64,000 bases of DNA from Methanotrichaceae archaeon (lineage in GTDB: Archaea; Halobacteriota; Methanosarcinia; Methanotrichales; Methanotrichaceae). The notes beneath the pieces are model-generated. The model had not been told where the DNA came from. It saw nothing but the letters and a program-made list of their open reading frames with translations, and did no database searches. The stretch covers positions 288,001 to 352,000 of the forward strand of contig CAWDLW010000008.1 in NCBI GenBank assembly GCA_963803145.1. Reading direction: 5' to 3'. Shown in pieces: positions 51,736 through 64,000 of this stretch. Each line of letters opens with the position of its first letter. Position 1 is the stretch's first letter. A program made the position numbers and the translations under genes.

Positions 51736-52689
51736 ATGGTTGAGCTGATAAGAAGCAGTGGCGCAAAGTGTATCGGCCTTCAGGCTCCAGAAGGCCTGAA
51801 GAGGGCTCTGCCATCTCTGGCAAAGCAGATCGAGGAGGCAACCGGAGCAGAGGTAATCATCTCCGGCGATCCATGTTATGGCGCATGCGATTTGGATATG
51901 GCTCTGTGCGAAGAGGTAGACCTTATGCTTCACATGGGTCATACAGAGCTCGCAGAGCTGGGGAAGGCATCAGGAAAGGTCATTTACATAGAGGCCAGGA
52001 TGCCGCATGATTTAAGAGAGGTTGTAGAAAAGGCGGTTCCTCTGCTTAAAACGAAGCAAGTTTGCCTAACTACTACAGTTCAGCACATCCATAAGCTCAA
52101 CCAGGCGCTTGAAGTTTTAAAGCAGCACGGGATCGATGGCATAATCGGCAAAGCCAGTGGCCGTGTGAAGTACCCCGGCCAGGTTTTGGGTTGCTGTTAC
52201 AGTGCTGCCAAATCAGAGGATGTCGATGAATATCTCTTCATCGGCACAGGCAAGTTTCACCCTCTTGGCATAGCATTGGCAACGGGAAAGCGAATAGTAA
52301 TAGCAGATCCTGTTACGGGCGAGGCCTCAGAGATCGACCCGAATCCAACGCTCAGGCGACGCTTTGCATCTATAACGCGAGCTGAGGATGCAAAGAGGTT
52401 TGCTGTTTTAGTATCCAAGAAGCCCGGCCAGAAGAGAATGGAGCTTGCGAGGCAGATCAAGGCGATGGGTGAGGAAAAGGGAAAAGAGATGATTCTGGTC
52501 TATCTGGATAACATCGAACCTGATAAGCTCCTTAACCTAGGGATAGAGGCTGCAGTCTCTACAGCCTGCCCCAGAGTGGCGCTGGACGACGCAGCAAAGT
52601 ACAAGATTCCCATACTTACGCCGCCGGAGTTTGAGATACTTCTCGGGGATCGCTGTTGGGATGACTATGCATTTGATGAGATTGAATAG
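51736..52689 (+). CDS. dph2: Diphthamide biosynthesis enzyme Dph2
   Basis: GLQAPEGLK, PCYGACD, GQVLGC, GTGKFH, TACPR, YAFDEI. Start uncertain. Confidence 0.92.
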   Translation: MVELIRSSGAKCIGLQAPEGLKRALPSLAKQIEEATGAEVIISGDPCYGACDLDMALCEEVDLMLHMGHTELAELGKASGKVIYIEARMPHDLREVVEKAVPLLKTKQVCLTTTVQHIHKLNQALEVLKQHGIDGIIGKASGRVKYPGQVLGCCYSAAKSEDVDEYLFIGTGKFHPLGIALATGKRIVIADPVTGEASEIDPNPTLRRRFASITRAEDAKRFAVLVSKKPGQKRMELARQIKAMGEEKGKEMILVYLDNIEPDKLLNLGIEAAVSTACPRVALDDAAKYKIPILTPPEFEILLGDRCWDDYAFDEIE

Positions 52690-52764
52690 TATATGCTATC
52701 TTTAAACAACACTCAAGTTTCATGCGGTAAGCATTCTGGACTTTATCGAAATTATAATGCATCC

Positions 52765-52871
52765 TCCTTTGTGGTTGATCGGCGCTGAACGCTCACCACA
52801 AAGACACGAATGCACAAAGAACGTAATTCAAGGTTTGAATTAATTAGGCAATTAGTCGAAAGAAGAACTAT
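52765..52871. repeat. REP-like palindromic element, copy 2
   Basis: CTTTGTGGT...ACCACAAAG stem. ACGCTCACCACAAAGAC at 52789-805 is shared with copy 1. Confidence 0.6.
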
Positions 52872-52894
52872 AAAAGTAATAGCACTGGCAGTAA

Positions 52895-53257
52895 TTATGT
52901 AAAATCATCAATCCCATGCTTGACGTAATCAATGTATCCCTGAAGCTGCGGAATATCCTTTGCCTGAACGGGCTTCCAGTTTTCATCTACAATGGGATCC
53001 CAGTCTTCGCCCTTTTTCCCAAAGCTTAGAATATCCTCAAGCGCATAAAAGCCGGAGGTCATCGTATCCATAGGATTCTCAAAGTATCCGAGGAACTTCT
53101 GGCTTACAGGGCTGTACCCTGCAAGATACCAGTTCATCTTCTTGCGATTAAATAGATGTAGACGAATGACCTCATCACCCATAATTGGACGATCTTCTGG
53201 CGTTCCTAGAAGCAATCCTAGTTGAGAAGGATTGAGATCTTTTAATCTTTTAGCCAT
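52895..53257 (-). CDS. Hypothetical protein, weakly DUF2958-like
   Basis: LHLFN...WYLAGYSP...FLGY...GFYALEDI pattern. ATG at 53257 preferred. Confidence 0.5.
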   Translation of the reverse strand: MAKRLKDLNPSQLGLLLGTPEDRPIMGDEVIRLHLFNRKKMNWYLAGYSPVSQKFLGYFENPMDTMTSGFYALEDILSFGKKGEDWDPIVDENWKPVQAKDIPQLQGYIDYVKHGIDDFT

Positions 53258-53528
53258 TTGCAACCTAACAGAATATTGAGTCTGAAACGCAATAAATGTT
53301 ATCATTTCCTTGTGGTAATCAAACATAGAATTGTTCAGGTTAATGAATCATTAGTTTGAAATTGATCGATACCCTTAAAGAGATCTATTTATATCTTAAT
53401 CGCTCGAAAAAGTAATTCTCTTTTGTCTCTAAGGAATACTGGATTTCACCGAGAAAGAAAAAATAGTTGCTGGCCACAGGATTCTGGATCCGAATCCAGT
53501 TCACCTGCAACCAGACTCCCTATGAGGT

Positions 53529-54764
53529 TTAATGCTTGAGTGGGAATGTAATGCTATCAATCATTTGCGGGGTTTTATAGACTTTGGGTTTATCCTTACA
53601 GTCATCATCCTTGACTGTGGCTACTATCCATTCTTGTGCTGTTGCCGTATTATTTGCCGGATCAACTTTTACCTTAAGGTATCCCAATGTCCTAGTCACA
53701 CCGAACATGTAACCAGCCGGTGTGCTATTTCCAGTAAGGTCAGCACACCTGCCCCCTGCATTGCCGATAATGAAATAGGGAATCCCCTTTATCAGATATC
53801 TCTGGTAATTATGAGTATGGCCCGCAAAATTTGCGCTGATATTGTAAGCATGGTAGAGATTTTCCCAGGGTTCAAGATCAGGATTCATTGATGTATTGTA
53901 ATAATCCCAGATTGGGTGGTGATGTATGGTAAATACTCCTAGCAGAGATTTATTGTCCAGCTGCTCTTTTAGCCATGATTCCTGACTCTTTGCAAGGGCC
54001 AGGGAAGTGTGTGGATCATCACCATTGGCATTATTCGGGTCAGGTGTGTTAAGAACAATAAATCGGACCCCGGAACAGTCAAATGAATAGTTCAGGGGCA
54101 TGTCAAACGCCCAATGGTAATGAACGGCGGCGGTTGGCGGATTGTCTCCACCACTGGAATTATGGTAATCATGGTTCCCGATGGTGGGAAAGATGGCAGA
54201 TTTCGAGAGCATCCCATCGGCAACATCGAAAAATTGACGCCAAAGTGAATCGCTATCATGTCCGTTATAGTCCCCACCAATGAGTATGAACTGTATATCC
54301 TGCTCCCTTTCAACGGCATCTGCGACATACTTGAACCGTTGCTTCTCGTCATAATTATGACCTTTCTGGGGATCACTGATTACGATGAAGGTGAATGGAC
54401 CGCTTACAGGCATTGTCCTGAAAGTGCGGTTATCAAATGATTCATCTCTGCCTGAAGATCTCACTCTGTAGGTATATGATGTGTTTGGTTTAAGGCCAGT
54501 GAGCTGGACATGCTGGTATGTCGCAGCTTTCGTAGCTGTTATCGTCCTTTCGAAGCCATCATGCTTATCGAAATAACTTGATGTAGCGAAGTCTATTGAG
54601 CCTGAGCCGTTATCCTCCCCTCGCCAGTTGATTGTCGCAGAATTTGTTGTGGTCTTCGTCACCCAAGGAGACCAATAATCATCCGACGTTTCTGCGAAAA
54701 TTGGAACGATAAAGAAGCATAGAAGTATCAAGGCCACCAAATACCTACAGGATTTTTCAGTCAT
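53529..54764 (-). CDS. Secreted metallophosphoesterase (purple acid phosphatase-like)
   Basis: Signal peptide, HVQLTGLKPNTSYTY, SDPQ, GGD, IGNHD, HHHP, AGHTHNY. Confidence 0.9.
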   Translation of the reverse strand: MTEKSCRYLVALILLCFFIVPIFAETSDDYWSPWVTKTTTNSATINWRGEDNGSGSIDFATSSYFDKHDGFERTITATKAATYQHVQLTGLKPNTSYTYRVRSSGRDESFDNRTFRTMPVSGPFTFIVISDPQKGHNYDEKQRFKYVADAVEREQDIQFILIGGDYNGHDSDSLWRQFFDVADGMLSKSAIFPTIGNHDYHNSSGGDNPPTAAVHYHWAFDMPLNYSFDCSGVRFIVLNTPDPNNANGDDPHTSLALAKSQESWLKEQLDNKSLLGVFTIHHHPIWDYYNTSMNPDLEPWENLYHAYNISANFAGHTHNYQRYLIKGIPYFIIGNAGGRCADLTGNSTPAGYMFGVTRTLGYLKVKVDPANNTATAQEWIVATVKDDDCKDKPKVYKTPQMIDSITFPLKH

Positions 54765-55016
54765 ATTTCCCTCAAGCTCTGCAACAGGTTATCCCTTAAA
54801 AACCTTGGGTTAAATCGCGGAGGGATTTATGGTTAAGCTATAAGAGCGATAAGGAATTCTTTAGTTCTGATCAAGATTGGAGCTAAAATGCTTAGTGAAT
54901 ATGGCAGCTCACGTATAGGGCGCATAGTAGACTATCGACCGGATAGCGAAGGTAAACTGTAATCATATAACAGTAATTTTTCGATCTCGATTAATATTAT
55001 AGAAAAGAATATAGTG

Positions 55017-55141
55017 AATATGGCAGCGATCTGCAGTTCCCGAGAGCTCGCGCATCTGAGTACAGTGCAAAACGTGGACGGGCTTATCTTCTGAGTTCGG
55101 GATGGGATCAGGAGTTACCCCGTCGCTATGGCCGCCATATT
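55017..55141 (-). rRNA. rrf: 5S rRNA
   Basis: Minus strand GAATATGGCGGCCATAGCG...CCCATCCCGAACTCAGAAGATAAGCC...GCTGCCATATTC. Ends approximate. Confidence 0.92.
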
Positions 55142-55146
55142 CGATT

Positions 55147-55198
55147 CCAGGTATCGGGTTCGAACCGATTGAGCTGCTTCCAAATTAAGCAACCCTGG
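55147..55198 (-). other. tRNA-like (t-element) processing structure upstream of 5S rRNA
   Basis: CCAGG/CCTGG stem enclosing a GTTGCTT/AAGCAGC hairpin and a T-arm ATCGG-TTCGAAC-CCGAT. Confidence 0.6.
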
Positions 55199-55274
55199 TG
55201 TATAGAATCGATTGGGATTTAGATTTAGGCCAATCTTATCTTAGCTAAGCTTTGCGACCAGATTACGCCTGAGC

Positions 55275-58182
<2,908 letters not shown>

Positions 58183-58310
58183 GCTCCACTATAACTCAGT
58201 GAGCGTCTGGTCGCAAAGCTTATACACGGCTTCTCAGGCCTCTATCGACTTGCGATCGATTGGCCTCGGCCCTTCCACATCGAGTCCTCCTCAATGTGTG
58301 CATTTTACAG

Positions 58311-58383
58311 TGGACTTGCTGGGATTCGAACCCAGGGCCTCCGCCTTGCAAAGGCGGCGCTCTACCAGCTGAGCTACAAGCCC
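58311..58383 (-). tRNA. tRNA-Ala(TGC) in the 16S-23S spacer
   Basis: GGGCTTGTAGCTCAGCTGGTAGAGCGCCGCCTTTGCAAGGCGGAGGCCCTGGGTTCGAATCCCAGCAAGTCCA. Confidence 0.96.
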
Positions 58384-58629
58384 CGGTTTAAAGCCCAGCA
58401 ATAATTAAATTAAAGCTGGCTTTCGGTTTGATTTTAGTTTGATTTCGTTTTGTTACCATTAGGTTTTCGTTGATTAAGTTTTAGTGGTTTTCTGGTTCTT
58501 ATTTGGTCCTGGCTAACTTTTCAGACTCCAATCGATACTACTTCTTTTGGCGGTATCCGCTTGAAGAAGCGGATTGCTTTGTTTTTGCATACGTAACGTA
58601 TGCTTTTGCGCTCATTTGAGCGCGACATT

Positions 58630-60100
<1,471 letters not shown>

Positions 60101-60324
60101 TGTTTCTTTAGGGAAGTATTTTGTATCGATTGGAATTGGCTGAGCAGCCAAGACCATTGTCAGACACGAAAAATCTCGCGTCTCCACTAAACTATAATCT
60201 TTTTGGATCTAAGCTCTTCAGCTTAGCTCTAGCTCTTTATGCCGCAACCTGGATAGCAGCTCATCATAAATCAGAGCCGTAACGTTTCGTTGCGACGCCT
60301 TTTCGGCCCGACTCTATAGGTTTC

Positions 60325-60615
60325 CTGGCTATTTATAGTTTCCTGTCGCCGGAAGCCCCGTTCATCGGACCTTTCTATATACGCTTTATCGGTATTTATA
60401 GTTTTTGCCCCGTCATCCCACATATTTTAGCGATATGCGCGGGACAATTCAAATACCTCGGCCATATAGCAAGGCAAACTCGATATTCAAGCTTAAAACC
60501 TGAAGCAATTACTAAGAATTGCATGTAGGCCTAAACTGATAACTAAATGCCTCACTGCATCTCCCTTTCGGGAAGGCCGAACCCAAACAATAACTCGCGC
60601 CTATATAATCCTTTC
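60325..60615 (-). promoter_or_regulatory. Multiple tandem BRE/TATA promoters of the rRNA operon
   Basis: Minus strand GGAAACTATAAATA (~60330-43), AAAGCGTATATA (~60377-88), AAAAACTATAAATA (~60394-406), GAAAGGATTATATA (~60602-15). Confidence 0.5.
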
Positions 60616-60729
60616 GGCCATATCGAAAGTTAATGGAATATATAGAGAATCCTTATTCCTTACGGATCGTTGAGTATTAATATTATCATATCTCACCAGT
60701 AGCGATTAAGACGCTACTGGAGATATTTT

Positions 60730-62676
60730 ATGGTTTACACCTTGACTGAGAAGATCCTGAGAAAGCATCTCGTTGATGGATCCTACGAGCCAGGCGCAGA
60801 GATCGGCATAAAAATAGACCAGACCCTAACGCAGGACGCGACTGGAACTATGGCCTATCTACAGTTCGAATCAATGGGGCTTTCAAATATAGCCACAGAG
60901 CTTTCCGTAAGCTATGTCGATCACAACACCATCCAGGTCGGCTTTGAGAACGCAGACGACCACGCGTACCTGCAATCCATCGCGGAGAAGTACGGCATAT
61001 ATTTCTCCCGACCTGGCAACGGAATATGCCACCAGGTTCACCTTGAAAGGTTTGCGAGGCCAGGAAGAACCCTGCTTGGATCTGATAGCCACACGCCAAC
61101 TGCAGGAGGCGTAGGCTCTATCGCGATAGGCGCAGGCGGTCTGGATGTTGCAGTAGCCATGGGAGGGGGAGCATACTACCTGACCGCACCTCGGGTAATC
61201 AATGTCCACCTAACAGGGGAACTAAAGCCCTGGGTCACAGCCAAGGATGTAGTCCTCAAGGTGCTCCAAATACTGACCACTAAAGGAAATGTCGGATATG
61301 TCTGCGAATATACAGGCCCCGGCATTGAGAAACTGACTGTGCCCGAAAGAGCCACCATTACCAACATGGGCGCAGAGACAGGCGTAACAACGTCCATATT
61401 CCCCTCCGATCTCCAAACAAAACAGTTCCTAGAGGCACAAGGCAGAGGTGACCAATGGGTGCCTATGGAGGCAGATAAGGATGCAGCCTATGATAAGACC
61501 ATTGAGATCGATCTATCGGATATCGAACCACTTGCGGCCACACCTCATAGCCCAGGCAATGTAAAGCCTATCCATGAGATTGACCAGGCCGTAGATCAGG
61601 TCATGATAGGATCGTGCACCAATTCGTCCTACGTGGATTTGATGACCGTAGCCCAGATAGTAAAAGGTAAGAGCCTGCCGCCAGGGGTAAGCCTAGGAAT
61701 AGCTCCCGGCTCAAGACAGGTACTGAATACCATCGCAAAGAATGGTGGCTTAAGCGATCTGATCTCCTTCGGAGCCAGGGTCCTCGAATCGGCCTGCGGG
61801 TTCTGCATAGGCAACAGCATGTCCCCAAGGACTGATTCGGTCTCTGTACGTACAAGCAACCGTAACTTCAAGGGCAGATCTGGAACTCCAAGTGCTAATG
61901 TCTACTTAACGAGCCCGGTTATTGCTGCCACTGCTGCTCTCACAGGAAGATTAACTGACCCAAGAACGTTGGATATTGCCTTCCCGAGGATAGAGATGCC
62001 CGATCATTTTGAGATCGATGATAGCATGATAATTCCTCCGCTGCCCTCAGATCCAAGGGCAAAAGTAAAGATCAGTCGCGGCCCGAATATAGGCGAGCCG
62101 CCGGTGAATGGACCTATGCCAGAGGATATACGAGGGCTGGTCACAATCAAAGTCGGCGATTTAGTCACAACTGATCATATCATGCCAGCAGGCTCTCGCC
62201 TTAAGTATCGCTCAAATGTGCCCAAATACTCTGAATTTGTCTTCGAGCCACTAGATAAGGGGTTCAGTGGCCGCGCTGTTGGCCTGAGAGATAAAGGGGT
62301 TCACAACCTGATTGTGGCTGGAACAAGCTATGGCCAAGGGTCCTCACGTGAGCATGCTGCCCTCTGCCCAATGTATCTGGGCATAAAGGCGGTGATCGCC
62401 AAATCGATCGAGAGAATCCATGCCGCAAACCTCGTCAACTTCGGAATAGTGCCTTTCTACTTTGCGGACGAATCCGATTATGACTCTCTTGTGCAAGGCG
62501 CAGAGATCGTCATACCAGGAATACGCACTGCCATTGAGCACGGAAGCAGCGAGATTAAGGCCAAGATTGGCGGAAAAGATATCAAGCTTAAAACTAGCCT
62601 AAGTGAACGTCAGAGAGAGATCTTACTTGCAGGTGGCCTGCTGCCTTATACCGTCCGGGAAAGAAAAGGAAAATAG
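60730..62676 (+). CDS. Aconitate hydratase (single-chain, AcnA-like)
   Basis: TQDATG, DHN, GICHQVH, GSDSHT, GSCTN, CGFCIG, NRNF, TTDHI, YGQGSSREHAA. Confidence 0.92.
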   Translation: MVYTLTEKILRKHLVDGSYEPGAEIGIKIDQTLTQDATGTMAYLQFESMGLSNIATELSVSYVDHNTIQVGFENADDHAYLQSIAEKYGIYFSRPGNGICHQVHLERFARPGRTLLGSDSHTPTAGGVGSIAIGAGGLDVAVAMGGGAYYLTAPRVINVHLTGELKPWVTAKDVVLKVLQILTTKGNVGYVCEYTGPGIEKLTVPERATITNMGAETGVTTSIFPSDLQTKQFLEAQGRGDQWVPMEADKDAAYDKTIEIDLSDIEPLAATPHSPGNVKPIHEIDQAVDQVMIGSCTNSSYVDLMTVAQIVKGKSLPPGVSLGIAPGSRQVLNTIAKNGGLSDLISFGARVLESACGFCIGNSMSPRTDSVSVRTSNRNFKGRSGTPSANVYLTSPVIAATAALTGRLTDPRTLDIAFPRIEMPDHFEIDDSMIIPPLPSDPRAKVKISRGPNIGEPPVNGPMPEDIRGLVTIKVGDLVTTDHIMPAGSRLKYRSNVPKYSEFVFEPLDKGFSGRAVGLRDKGVHNLIVAGTSYGQGSSREHAALCPMYLGIKAVIAKSIERIHAANLVNFGIVPFYFADESDYDSLVQGAEIVIPGIRTAIEHGSSEIKAKIGGKDIKLKTSLSERQREILLAGGLLPYTVRERKGK

Positions 62677-62715
62677 ATTTGGCCTATAAAAAGCCAAATT
62701 TATTTTATAATTTTC

Positions 62716-63219
62716 TCAGAAGAGGGCCATGATTCCCTGGGAAATTATCTGTCCCTGAGAGTCCTTGGATGGAACTCCATTGCTACTCCCAGCAGATGAT
62801 GCCGTCGTAGCTATAGATGTATACTTCCAGCCCTGGTCCTGATCGAAGTTGAAGTTTATATCCCTCTTAAGTGCTGCACTCTGCAACTCAGTGCCACTGA
62901 CATTAGTTGCGACAGGTGCATTAGCCATAAAGCTCGAATTCTTAAGCTCGACCTGCTTATCGAAACCAAGCGGGAAGCTGTTGAGCCAGATATCCATAAC
63001 ATTTGATTGAGCTGTTGCAGCCGTGTTCTGGGTCCCACCATTTTGATTTTGGATATAGGAATTCCAGTAATTCTCAACTAAAGGCTGGAAGTCAGCAGTA
63101 TTCTGGCCATTGAAGAACTGAAGCTGGCTAGTGCTGTATCCCTCGCCGGTGAAAATGGTCTGGGCGGAAGCACCACCTATCAGGCAGATCAGCGCGATTA
63201 AGGCTATTATCCATTTCAT
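62716..63219 (-). CDS. Secreted hypothetical protein
   Basis: [19 protein letters not shown] signal peptide. Q/N/S-rich. Confidence 0.7.
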   Translation of the reverse strand: MKWIIALIALICLIGGASAQTIFTGEGYSTSQLQFFNGQNTADFQPLVENYWNSYIQNQNGGTQNTAATAQSNVMDIWLNSFPLGFDKQVELKNSSFMANAPVATNVSGTELQSAALKRDINFNFDQDQGWKYTSIATTASSAGSSNGVPSKDSQGQIISQGIMALF

Positions 63220-63307
63220 TTTAATACACTCCATTATAATCGTTAAACTTCCAACCCGTGCTGATCTGTCCCAACCTATTTATTCCTTATCGATGGAGAA
63301 TGAGATT

Positions 63308-64000
63308 ATGCCGGATAGTTTTGAGATCCTGCACAAGGATCTGGCTGGAAGAATCGGCAAGCTCAAGACACCTCATGGCTCAATAGAGACGCCTGCACTC
63401 ATGCCTGTGATCAATCCCCATCTCCAGATAATACCGGCTGCAGAGCTGAAAGGAATGGGAGCCAGCATAATAATAACAAACAGCTATATAATCAACCAGG
63501 ACTCCAAGCTTAAGAGTTTGGCCCTGGAAAAGGGGCTACACAGTCTTCTGGGATTTGATGGCCCCATAATGACAGACTCTGGAGCGTTCCAGCTCTCAGT
63601 CTACGGAAATGTTAATGTACAGCCCCTTGAGATCTTGGAGTTTCAGCATGCGATCGGATCTGATATCTGCGTGCCGCTGGATATTCCTACTCCGCCTGAT
63701 GTGTCCAGAGATAGAGCCGAATCAGAGCTTTTGGAGACGGAAAGACGGCTTGGTGAGGCGCTGGAACATAAGGGATCATCGCTCCTTGCAGGACCGATCC
63801 AAGGCTCAACCTACCCCGATTTAAGGGAGACGGCAGCCCGAAATTTGAAGGATAAAGATTTCGATGTCTATCCGATCGGGGCTGTGGTTCCCCTAATGGA
63901 GACCTACAGATTTGCAGACCTTGTAGAGGTAATAGCCGCTTCTAAGAAGGGCCTGGGATCGGGAGCACCAGTTCATCTTTTCGGTGCGGGACACCCAATG
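63308..64000 (+). CDS. tgtA: Archaeosine tRNA-guanine transglycosylase, 3' end outside window
   Basis: Manual translation: [37 protein letters not shown]...ITNSYII...MTDSGAFQL...PLDIPTPP...PIQGS...HLFGAGHPM. Confidence 0.93.
   Translation, partial: MPDSFEILHKDLAGRIGKLKTPHGSIETPALMPVINPHLQIIPAAELKGMGASIIITNSYIINQDSKLKSLALEKGLHSLLGFDGPIMTDSGAFQLSVYGNVNVQPLEILEFQHAIGSDICVPLDIPTPPDVSRDRAESELLETERRLGEALEHKGSSLLAGPIQGSTYPDLRETAARNLKDKDFDVYPIGAVVPLMETYRFADLVEVIAASKKGLGSGAPVHLFGAGHPM

Noticed and set aside
63609-63824. 71-aa ORF
   Set aside because: Alternate frame inside tgtA.

Overview
Window from an archaeal methanogen genome. Gene content and rRNA are consistent with Methanosarcinales/Methanotrichaceae (Methanothrix-like); this is inferred, not searched. 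Core genes: aroA', the aIF2-gamma/PIN/rpoE1/spt4/dephospho-CoA kinase/S24e/S27ae operon, stomatin-NfeD, HARP, NrpR-like, PolX, SepCysS, NAC, fen1-dph2, aconitase, tgtA and a minus-strand rRNA operon (16S-tRNA-Ala-23S-5S). Accessory zone 1 (1.0-4.8 kb) is a toxin-antitoxin hot spot: repeated HicB, decayed HicA and DUF1016, a DUF6516 pair, an unannotated RHH gene and a duplicated unknown gene. Accessory zone 2 (12.5-24.9 kb) is a defence island: type I R-M with an IS630-split hsdS and an extra single-TRD S gene, then an uncharacterised three-gene cassette whose first gene is split by an IS66-like element, ending at an IS5 copy. Also seen: an ERF recombinase remnant, an HD + YwgA-like fusion, a secreted YihQ-like GH31, a tRNA-like element before 5S rRNA and REP-like palindromes. 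All family calls come from motif recognition by eye.
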